Shown here in pieces: positions 10,671-19,211 of a stretch of DNA of 64,000 nucleotides. Source of the stretch: Clostridia bacterium (GTDB lineage Bacteria > Bacillota > Clostridia > UBA1212 > DUPL01). Where the stretch lies: positions 192,001 through 256,000 of the forward strand of contig JBMNIW010000012.1 in the NCBI GenBank assembly GCA_050951325.1. The letters are read 5' to 3'. Within the stretch, counting starts at the first letter, position 1. Each line of letters begins with the position of its first letter. Both the position numbers and the translations under genes were made by a program. A model generated the notes under the pieces. That model had not been told where the DNA came from. It ran no database searches and saw only the letters and a list, made by a program, of their open reading frames with translations.

Positions 10671-12824
10671 TCATTTCCCCCCATAAAAACCATACATACA
10701 AAAAGCATTGTAATCTCCACCACTCCAAAAATCCATATTAATTACATTCGTGTCACTGTCTAATACATCTGTTTGCACCTGTGTAGGTGACGATTTATTA
10801 GTTGTATAGAATACATAATTTCCCGTTTTTTCAGGAACGAACTTAATCCAAATCTCCTGATTAACCGATGCTGATTTACTTATTGAATCACCGGGTTTAA
10901 TGACATCAGGTATATATTTTTCTAAGTGTATATTATAAGAACCTGTTTCTGATGAAGCGCAATAAGCATCCAAATAATATGTCTCTCCGGCTGTAAGCTT
11001 ATATACAAAGTCAGAACCATTTTTATATAAAGACCAGGAAGTATCGCATAAATAAACAATCGGCCATCCTCCGGACCTATCCGTTGTATACACATGGTAT
11101 AGCCCGGTTTCATCAGGAATAAATTTATAATATTTATGTTCATCCGGATAAGCAATATTTACAATGTCAAAATCTCCTAGTGACAATTCTGTAGCATTCA
11201 GCTTCTCCAGGTGTATTGTGTAAGATCCTGTATCAAAAAGACAATATGTATCAAAATAATATGTTGTCCCGGAAGACAATGATTTTACAATATCTAACCC
11301 GTAATAAGCTTCATCGTACCAATTCCACGATTCTGTGTGAACTTTTAAATACGGAGTGATTCCGGTTTTATCGGTTGTGTATATACGGTATAGCCCTGTT
11401 TCATCAGGTGTAAATTTATAGTATTTATGTTCTCCATCTGAATTTATATTTACACGATCAGAATCTCCCATGGATAGTTCGATTGCATTCAACTTTTCCA
11501 AATGTATCGTAAATGCTCCTGTTCCTGAAGAACAATATGTATCCAAATAGTATGTCGTTCCAGGTGTCATATTAGAAACAAAGTCAGAACCGTTTGTGTA
11601 AGAACTCCATGATGAATCATACAAAAAAATACTTGGAGGGTTCCCGATTTTATCTGTTGTAAACACACGGTACAGACCGCCTATGTCTGGTGTAAACGCA
11701 AAGTATTTGTGCTCTCCTGCGGTAGTTATACTTATACGTTCTGAATCCCCTGCTGATATTTCGGTCACCTTCAGCTTCCCTATATGTATTGTAAAAGATC
11801 CTGTTCTTAACCAATCACAGGATACATCCAAATAATATGTCGTTCCGGATGTAAGATTATAAACTATTTCAGTACCATTTGTAAAATAGCCCCAGGAATA
11901 ATCACGTAGATATATAAATGGAGAACTTCCAATAATATCTGTTGTATAGACATGGTACAATCCGGATTCATCAGGTGTAAATGAGTAATATTTATGTTCC
12001 CCTGCAGATGATATAATTACGCTTTCAGAGTCACCTACGGATATTTCGGTCGTGGTCAGCTTCTCCAAATGTATTGTATAAGATCCTGTTCCTGATAAGC
12101 AAGTTGCATCCAAATAATATGTTACTCCAGCTGCAAGTTTATAAGCAAAATCCATACCACTTAAATACGGGAACCATGATGAATCTCGCAAGTAAATATC
12201 CGGGGAACTTCCTGATTTATCCGTAGTATAAACACGATACAGTCCGGACTCATCAAGGGTAAAAGTAAAATATTTATGTTCATCAACAGAAGCTATATTT
12301 ACTCTAGCAGAACCATTCACACTTATTGGAGTAGATTTTATTGCATTTTCAACTGTAAAACTGTAATTGCCCGTTCCAGCTCCACTATACATTACCTGGA
12401 AATAATATGTTTTTCCACCTTCCAAAGCATATTCAAAATCAAACCCCGTCTTTGAAACTAGCATTTGCCACATGTCATCATAGATCTTAATATGCGGGAT
12501 ATTATCATTAACATAGCTACTTTTTATATGATACATCCCGGATATTTCCGGAGTATAAGAAAAAAACTGGCTATCGTTTTCTTTTGCTATGGATACAGGT
12601 ATATCATCTCCTGAGCTAACAGATACAGGGGATACAGTATCAATATGAAAGTTAAAACCATTTGGATAATTGAGAAAACTAAAAAGGTATGTTCCCTCGG
12701 AATTTAAATAAAGTATTATATCCTTTTCTATGAAGTCATAAGAATTAATAAGATGAAGTGCCGAATCATGTAATATAAATTTGTGTGTATCGGTATTATT
12801 TGAGAACAAAACCCTATATGCACC
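10671..12824 (-). pseudogene. Repeat region of the same giant surface protein (about 7 PPC-like beta-rich repeats of about 95 aa), 5'-truncated by an IS4 element
   Basis: Recurring HKYY.FTPDE.GLY.VYTTD..G..P..YL.D.SW and G.TYYLD..C...TGSYTIHLEKL; the apparent ATG at 12833 lies inside the IS4 terminal repeat. Confidence 0.7.
10915..12330 (-). repeat. Five well-conserved intragenic tandem repeats of about 285 bp
   Basis: Recurring DNA motifs such as TATTTATGTTC, ATCCAAATAATATG and AGATCCTGT at roughly 280-290 bp spacing; boundaries approximate. Confidence 0.75.
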
Positions 12825-13119
12825 CAATGTCATTAACTTAAGAAACTCGTTTTAAAGAACCCTAACTTATTCGGTTAGGGTCTTTTTATCACATTTTCGG
12901 TTTTACATTTTAAAACAAATATGATAAAATAATACAGAGTTGTTAAATTTTAAATATTATTTAATACTCTCGATTTTGCTAGAAATGGGGAGTATAAGAT
13001 GTTAAAATTATTATCTAAGATTAGATTAGAAAAAGACCTGGAGTATGCGCAGAAAGAAGAGTTCAAAAAAACATATAGGCAAAAAAGCACTGACTTCACA
13101 AGAAAAAGGAAGTTAACTA
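12825..13119 (+). mobile_element. IS4-family (IS231-like) stub: left end plus first 40 codons of the transposase
   Basis: Terminus CAATGTCATTAACTTAAGAA resembles the IS231-type IR. ORF from 12999 reads MLKLLSKIRLEKDLEYAQKEEFKKTYRQKSTDFTRKRKLT, with the IS4-type DFTRKRKL motif, and is cut at the IS21 end. Confidence 0.7.
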
Positions 13120-13304
13120 TGGAATCGCTTTAAATTTATCTTACCAAAATCCTTACCGGTGCTATGTTGAAAGATTACCACTTTATGTGCTATAATCAAA
13201 AAAACATGCTATGGTTACCTTACCAATAGATTAAAATTAAAGAAAGGAAAACCTTGAAGGATACAAAAAGACGTCCATCTTTTCCTTCAAGGCTCCACAA
13301 CAAT

Positions 13305-13892
13305 ATGATAATAACACTTGTTGACATAGAATTCAAGCCCTCTTTTTCAGATAATACATATTTTTTCGAAGTGGATTCATCAAAGTCAGTATTGAATCCG
13401 ATTAAAAAGTCTAAAACATGCAGAGAGTACTGAATTACTCTCAACTACAAAGAGATAACGGTGTGTTGCCCTGTATTTAAAGATGTAAACAAGAATAGCA
13501 TTGTATACATCCCTTCGTACATTCTTCCACATCGTGGTTATCCTGTGAGTGTATACCTTTATGCAATTGCACTCTATCTTTCTAGTAAACTAAGTATGCG
13601 GGCTACTGCTGCTGAGGTAAAAAGAAAGTTTGGACTTGGAACCTTTTCACATTCAACTATATCAAGAACATTAAGTAGAATTTCAGAGAATATACATCAC
13701 ATAACAGTAGTACATAATGCAGACTTTACACACCCCACGCTCAGAACTGATCGTGCATGGGAGGAAATCACTAGAGCTAAATATCTAAAAGTTTTGATAT
13801 TTCTTAATACACTTTTAAATGAAAACGAATTTACCAACGGTAGTAAAGTTAATTATGATTATTTCAGAAGGACAAAAAGATTTATAATTTAG
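13305..13892 (+). pseudogene. DUF6431-like/HTH passenger gene with an in-frame TGA at 13431-13433
   Basis: ATG 13305 is in frame with ORF 13461..13892 (...CREY*ITLNYKEITVCCP); contains YIPSYILPHRGY and an HTH-like SMRATAAEV...SHSTISR. Confidence 0.55.
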
Positions 13893-13962
13893 AGACAAAA
13901 TCCAAAAAGCATGTGTTGCTGCACCAAGAATGTAGTTAAGATAGATTCAGGAGGTGGTACAT

Positions 13963-14889
13963 GTGATTAAAACAGTAAAAGTCTCATTAAAAGAAGTAAA
14001 TATTCAGACCATTCCGACAAATAAGGTGTTGGAAATAGGAAAAACTCAAAGACAGAGGATATTGTGTGAGCAAAGCATTAGGCAATATGGTCTTGTCACG
14101 CCCATCGTTACTGTAGAGGACTCTTGTGGTCAACATATGGTGCTTAAAGGAGAGAACGAGCTATCAGTCTTAAAGGAAATGAACGTTGAGAGAGCTGATG
14201 TGTTTGTAGCTAGTATTAATGACGAGAATGACATTAGTAAAGCAATTCTACTTCTCGCTTCAATGCACAATACGCTTAATCCGATAGCAGAAGGTATGTT
14301 ATTAAAAAGCTTGTTATCATCAGGAGAACACAACCAAAAGCAACTGTCTGAATTACTAATGAAGTCAGAGTCTTGGTTGTCCAAAAGACTCTCTTTAGTA
14401 GATCAACTAAGTGAGCATGTTACAGATATGGTTATCTCTCAGAAAATGTGCCCAGCAACAGCTCAGAATATAGCTAGAATACCGAGACACCTACAGGATA
14501 CTTTTGCAAATCATGTCTATTCACAGTTAGTTTCAAAGTCAAAAGTTGAAAAGCTAGTTGTTGCCTTTGGAAACAAAAACTCCTCTAATGCATTAAAAGA
14601 GGAGATAATAAATAACCCATTGAGCGCTTTTGAAATCATATCTGAAAACGAACCGATTCGATTAAAGAGTAGAGTTCAAGATGCTTCAGAAGATGGTCGC
14701 AAAACAGAAAATTGTATTAGGTTTATGCTCAAATTGATTGCAGAGACGGAAGGCTACTTAGTCTGTCTAGATAACGAGAATAAGCATAAGTACGCGGTAT
14801 TGTTAAGTGAATTAGAAAGCAGAGTTGAGAAATTTCTTGCATTAATACAGAACACTACAAATTCCCTAGGGAAATTACAAAGAGATTGA
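13963..14889 (+). CDS. ParB/Spo0J-like protein with degenerate arginine patch and intact HTH
   Basis: SIRQYGLVTPIV (ParB box I); GENE in place of GxRR; HTH NQKQLSELLMKSESWLSKRLSL; GTG start after AGGAGG. Confidence 0.75.
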   Translation: MIKTVKVSLKEVNIQTIPTNKVLEIGKTQRQRILCEQSIRQYGLVTPIVTVEDSCGQHMVLKGENELSVLKEMNVERADVFVASINDENDISKAILLLASMHNTLNPIAEGMLLKSLLSSGEHNQKQLSELLMKSESWLSKRLSLVDQLSEHVTDMVISQKMCPATAQNIARIPRHLQDTFANHVYSQLVSKSKVEKLVVAFGNKNSSNALKEEIINNPLSAFEIISENEPIRLKSRVQDASEDGRKTENCIRFMLKLIAETEGYLVCLDNENKHKYAVLLSELESRVEKFLALIQNTTNSLGKLQRD

Positions 14890-14902
14890 AGGGAGAATAA
14901 CT

Positions 14903-16399
14903 ATGGCAAAACAAATAGACATGAATACATATAAACTAATACGGAGATTATTCACTGTAGAAGGTGTAAGTCAGAGACAAATAGCAATGCAGTTAGGTAT
15001 ATCAAGACCTACAGTAAAAAAGTATTGTGAAGGATATGCAATTCCAGGGATAAAGGAAGAAGGAAAACAACAAAAAAGCGAATTAAGATTAACTTTAGAA
15101 AAAGAAATAATTCAGCTCTTTGAGGATAATAAAGATGCACCGAGAAAGCAAAAACTAAACGCAAAGCTAATATGGCTTTCTCTTAAGGAAAAGGGTTATC
15201 CTGTGGGTGAATCTACAATAAGAAAGTATATACAAGAAATGAGAATAGAAATGCCAGAGGTTTTTATCCCCTTATCATTTGAACCTGGGGAAGCTATGGA
15301 GTTTGACTGGGGAGACATATATGCATACATTAAGAACGTTAAAACCAGTATTTCTGTATTCTGTGCAGTACTACCATACAGCTATGGGATATTTGCTGCC
15401 GTTTTTCCTAATAAGAAGTACATAAGCTTTTTTACAGGACACGTTATGGCGTTTGAGTTTTTTCAAGGAGTTGCAAGGCGGTCAATTTACGATAACTTAA
15501 AAACAGCAGTTTTAAAAGACTTTGGTGAAAAGGCTGTAAAACAAGAAAGATTTAAAACTCTAGAAGCGCACTATGCTTTTGAGGGAATATTCTGTAATGC
15601 TGACAGTGGTTGGGAAAAAGGTGCGGTTGAAAATCTCGTTTCAATAATTCGAGAAATTGCATTTACTCCTATGCCAAGAGTAGATAACTATGAGGAGTTG
15701 CAAACCCATGTTACTTCTAAATGTATTGAATACAACATGAATCATAAAATAAAGAACCGCACAAGAAGCATTCGAGATATGCTAGAGGAAGAGAGAAAGT
15801 ACTTATTACCACTTCCTGCATATCCTTTTGAACCAGCAGACGAATTAAAAGTACGAGTGCATTCTGACTTAACCGTTAGAATTGAGGGGCTTAGATACTC
15901 CGTTCCTAGTAAGTATGTAGGCCTTGATGTTACTGCTAAGATAACGCCTTTCAAAATAAACATATACTATCAAGGTAAGCACATATATAGTCATAAAAAA
16001 GGAGTAAATCTCTCTGAACATCAATATGTATTAGAGCACTATCTAGAAATCATTGAACGAAAACCGAGATCTGCACATAATGCAGTCCCTATAAAAAGCG
16101 GTATAATGCCAGAGGAGGCTACCCTTTTTCTAAAACGATGTCCTAAACTAAACAAAAACATGCAATTAGTTAACGTGCTTCTTCTTGGAAAGAAAGTCGA
16201 TCGAGATTCCTTGATGTGGGCAATTAGTCAAGCAAACAGCACTGGGAATCCCACATACGATTTAGTATGCTTTTATCTGGACATACTAAGTAGCAAGGAT
16301 AATGCAAAGGATGCAATTGTGGATGAGGTTGAGATAAACACAGTTGACCTAACAAAGTATGATAAGTTAATAAGTGCAGAGGGTGATGAATATGAATAA
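14903..16399 (+). CDS. istA: IS21-family DDE transposase
   Basis: N-terminal HTH SQRQIAMQLGISRPTVKKY; PGEAMEFDWG, YDNLKTAV, WEKGAVEN; V..D..V....RYSVP. Confidence 0.95.
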   Translation: MAKQIDMNTYKLIRRLFTVEGVSQRQIAMQLGISRPTVKKYCEGYAIPGIKEEGKQQKSELRLTLEKEIIQLFEDNKDAPRKQKLNAKLIWLSLKEKGYPVGESTIRKYIQEMRIEMPEVFIPLSFEPGEAMEFDWGDIYAYIKNVKTSISVFCAVLPYSYGIFAAVFPNKKYISFFTGHVMAFEFFQGVARRSIYDNLKTAVLKDFGEKAVKQERFKTLEAHYAFEGIFCNADSGWEKGAVENLVSIIREIAFTPMPRVDNYEELQTHVTSKCIEYNMNHKIKNRTRSIRDMLEEERKYLLPLPAYPFEPADELKVRVHSDLTVRIEGLRYSVPSKYVGLDVTAKITPFKINIYYQGKHIYSHKKGVNLSEHQYVLEHYLEIIERKPRSAHNAVPIKSGIMPEEATLFLKRCPKLNKNMQLVNVLLLGKKVDRDSLMWAISQANSTGNPTYDLVCFYLDILSSKDNAKDAIVDEVEINTVDLTKYDKLISAEGDEYE

Positions 16400-17144
16400 T
16401 CTCTCTCACAACGAATTATCAAATAAGATTAAAACGATTGCAAGAGATCTGAAGCTTCAAGCATTTGAAGAGTATAGTGAGTATATTAGAACTGATCTAT
16501 CTACTGAGGAAGTAGTTTACAACCTCCTTAAGGCAGAACAAAGTATAAAAGACTTGAGTAGATATAGGTATCGTATGAAAATGGCCAAGTTCCCAGTTGC
16601 TAAAACATTAGATACTTTTCATTTTGATACAAAACGTCTTCCTGGTTTAAGCAAGGATACCATTATGGAACTTGCGACATGTAAATTCATTGAAGAGAAA
16701 AGAAATGTTATAGCTTTAGGTAATCCGGGGACCGGTAAGACGCATTTGCTAACAGCCCTCTGCATTGAGGCAATAACAAAAGGTTATTCAGTGAGATTTA
16801 TTAGGGCTTCTGACCTTGTGACTCAAATGACTGAATCCAAGAATGAAAACGAATTAGCTAAATACATAAAGAAGATTAATACATGTGATGTTCTTTTTAT
16901 TGACGAATTCGGGTACTTATCTTACGATGCAGCTGGAGCAAGTTTGCTTTATCAGATATTTGCAAATAGGTATGAAACAAAGAGTACGCTGGTTACCTCA
17001 AATTTAGCTTTTTCTAAATGGCTCTCGATTCTTAGTAATGACGAAGAATTAGCTTCGGCACTAATCGGACGAATAACCCAGCAGTCCACTATTCTTAACA
17101 TGAATGGTGAGGATTACAGGGTTTATCTAAGCAAAAAACTTTAA
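16392..17144 (+). CDS. istB: IS21-family AAA+ helper ATPase
   Basis: GNPGTGKTHL, LFIDEFGY, RYE, TSNL; overlaps the istA stop. Confidence 0.95.
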   Translation: MNNLSHNELSNKIKTIARDLKLQAFEEYSEYIRTDLSTEEVVYNLLKAEQSIKDLSRYRYRMKMAKFPVAKTLDTFHFDTKRLPGLSKDTIMELATCKFIEEKRNVIALGNPGTGKTHLLTALCIEAITKGYSVRFIRASDLVTQMTESKNENELAKYIKKINTCDVLFIDEFGYLSYDAAGASLLYQIFANRYETKSTLVTSNLAFSKWLSILSNDEELASALIGRITQQSTILNMNGEDYRVYLSKKL

Positions 17145-17156
17145 AACATGTAAACT

Positions 17157-17195
17157 AAGGGTCTGTCTTCCTGACAGATCTCCTTTTTGCCTTTT
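17157..17195 (+). terminator. Terminator after istB
   Basis: GGTCTGTC-TTCCT-GACAGATC hairpin followed by a T tract. Confidence 0.6.
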
Positions 17196-17313
17196 ATTGC
17201 ATGTGTTCAACTTATAATCAAATATTATATTTTCTTTCTAGCGGAAACATGGGTCTAGATGGATTGTTTGAGATAATATGGTCTTTATTTACTATCCTCT
17301 TCAACGATCCGTA

Positions 17314-17341
17314 CATATTGGATAGAATTCTATCCAATATG
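17314..17341. repeat. Perfect 28-bp palindrome inside the IS21 right arm
   Basis: CATATTGGATAGAATTCTATCCAATATG is fully self-complementary. Confidence 0.9.
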
Positions 17342-17464
17342 CTGTTTATCACTTAATATTCAGCATTTACAAACATTATATATACGGTGAATGGTAACTT
17401 ATATCATAGCGCTTTTTTGAAAAACTCTGTTTTTAGCCGGTAAGATAAAACTGTAGCGTTTCCA

Positions 17465-18580
17465 TTTATCTTTAACATCTTTAAAATCTCTATCAAGAAG
17501 CACCCATTTCTTCTCTTTATCCGGAAGCTTTTTTACTGCTTTTGAAAATATGTAACCATCACCATTCTTTTTTGCATACGCTATGTTGTTGGCACAGTTA
17601 AGTCCTTTATCTGCTACATGAATGGTTCTTCCTGTTATGTTATTTTGCTTTTTAAGATTGCTTATTACATCTCTTATTATAGGTTTTTCAGATTCGTTAC
17701 CAGGATATATCTTCATTCCTACTGGTATTTGATTGCGATCTAGTAATAAACCAAGGCCTACTAGAGGTTTCCTTTGATTTTCTTTACTTACACCATTTTT
17801 TTTAAAATCATCTTCTCTATCAATTTCAAAATAAAAATTTGTACAATCGAAATAGGTTTTAGTAGTATCTAATTTATATATTTTATCAACCTGTGTAGTA
17901 AATATTTCAACAATCTTTTCGTAATTGTTGCCTAGAAAAGCTAAGCCATCTAGTAGCTGATCGTATGAAAAATTATAGGTTTGATAAAGATTAGGTAGCA
18001 CTTCATGGAATGTCCTATATTTACTGCAGGGATTAACGCTTCTTGCGTAAATAAGAGATGATAGTAAATCATAAAGATCGAATTCAAACCTAGTAATTAA
18101 CTTAAAATAGTCGATAAAGTGCTTAATGTTTAATTTCTCCATAATACTTTTCAAAGGAAAATAACCTAGGTGAATAAGTGGAGATTTAGTTGAGATTTTT
18201 TTACGCTTTCTTCTTTTCTATTTTTATTTAATTCATCAACTACCTTTTGATAATGGGCAATAGGATCTTCTATGCCTTTTTCTTTAAGTGTTTCTATAGA
18301 TCCTAATGATTTATGACAACGATGAGCAGTGCCCTTTTTTGCAGGATCGTAAAAACTTTCATAAATTGCAATGTATGTTCGATTTTTCTGCTTTGACTTT
18401 TTCAAAAAATATGCCACAACATTCCCTCCAAACTTGCACCATGTAGCACCATTATTATCTCATAAAAAAATATTTGTGTCAAGTTTTTACGCATAAAAAA
18501 AGCCCTATATTTGGGCGTTTGTTGATGATTATTATCTATTTTTGTCCTAATTATTCATGGTGCGAACTACGAAACAAGGG
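17465..18580 (-). mobile_element. IS1634-family remnant, frameshifted and 3'-truncated by IS21
   Basis: MAYFLKKS... and YFDCTNFYFEID, YPGNESEKP, VADKGLN; one A missing in an A7 run near 18195; the ORF reads into the IS21 IR after DVKDK; probable end CCCTTGTTTCG at 18580. Confidence 0.85.
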
Positions 18581-18778
18581 ACTTATAATCTGCAATAAAT
18601 TCAAACCAAGTATTACTGCAACAAAGCAAGTTCCATCAAAATATGTATACAACATAATCACTTCATAATTTTCTCCAATAACATAGTATTCAGAACTAAA
18701 GTTGATTGTTAAGCATTGAGGAAAAATATAATTTCACAAATATTTACTTGAAATTTAACTTTTTTGTTATATTTCAGA

Positions 18779-18833
18779 TTGACAAATAAATAACAAAGAC
18801 GTATATTATAGTAGAAGGTTAAAATTTTAACAA
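18779..18833 (+). promoter_or_regulatory. Sigma70 promoter with a Rex-like operator upstream of the hydrogenase genes
   Basis: TTGACA (18779)-17 nt-TATATT; AGGTTAAAATTTTAACAA (18816-18833) differs from TTGTTAA-N4-TTAACAA at only two positions. Confidence 0.65.
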
Positions 18834-18858
18834 ATAACCTCGCTTTGGAGGAATTTTT

Positions 18859-19113
18859 ATGGAAATAAGAGTATGCATAGGCAGTTCATGCTACCTGAAA
18901 GGCTCACGAGAAGTAATAAATGAGCTGAACCAACTAATAAAAGAAAACAGCCTAAACAGTATGGTCTCGTTAAAGGGTTCATTCTGTATGGGAAAATGCA
19001 GCGTAGACGGCGTCACTGTTAGTTGTGATGACAAATTTTACTTTGTAGAACCAGATGACGTTGATGACTTTTTTGAAAAGGTAATAGTTCCCTCCATCCC
19101 CAGAGCGATATAA
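18859..19113 (+). CDS. Thioredoxin-like [2Fe-2S] ferredoxin subunit
   Basis: VCIGSSCYLKGS and FCMGKC motifs. Confidence 0.85.
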   Translation: MEIRVCIGSSCYLKGSREVINELNQLIKENSLNSMVSLKGSFCMGKCSVDGVTVSCDDKFYFVEPDDVDDFFEKVIVPSIPRAI

Positions 19114-19211
19114 TTGTTAATTTACATGCTCCCTGTTGATACTTGCCGACTTTGTATGGTATAGTAGATGTGACCATACTTATTTGTGCTGCAGATTCAC
19201 GGGGGAATTAG

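Larger units (their letters stand above)
13120..17464 (+). mobile_element. IS21-family element (4345 bp) with two passenger genes
   Basis: TG...CA termini; 26-bp IRs TGGAATCGCTTTAAATTTATCTTACC vs TGGAAACGCTACAGTTTTATCTTACC (21/26); internal TTACC repeats; istA and istB; no TSD. Confidence 0.85.

Noticed and set aside
10915-12330. CRISPR array or DGR template/variable repeats
   Set aside because: The repeats are in-frame coding units of about 285 bp with no spacers; there is no cas or reverse transcriptase gene in the window
13431-13433. Selenocysteine or genetic code 4 recoding
   Set aside because: TGA terminates ordinary genes in the window and I see no clear SECIS-like hairpin downstream
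13963-14889. Plasmid or chromosome partition system
   Set aside because: No ParA or Rep gene, the CTP motif is degenerate, and the gene lies inside the IS21 IRs
18186-18205. Programmed frameshift in the IS1634 transposase
   Set aside because: The intact IS1634 at 36448 uses one continuous frame, and this copy is already truncated
18581-18720. Missing 5' part of the giant surface gene
   Set aside because: Only a short WFEFIADY-like resemblance on the minus strand, with no signal peptide or RBS
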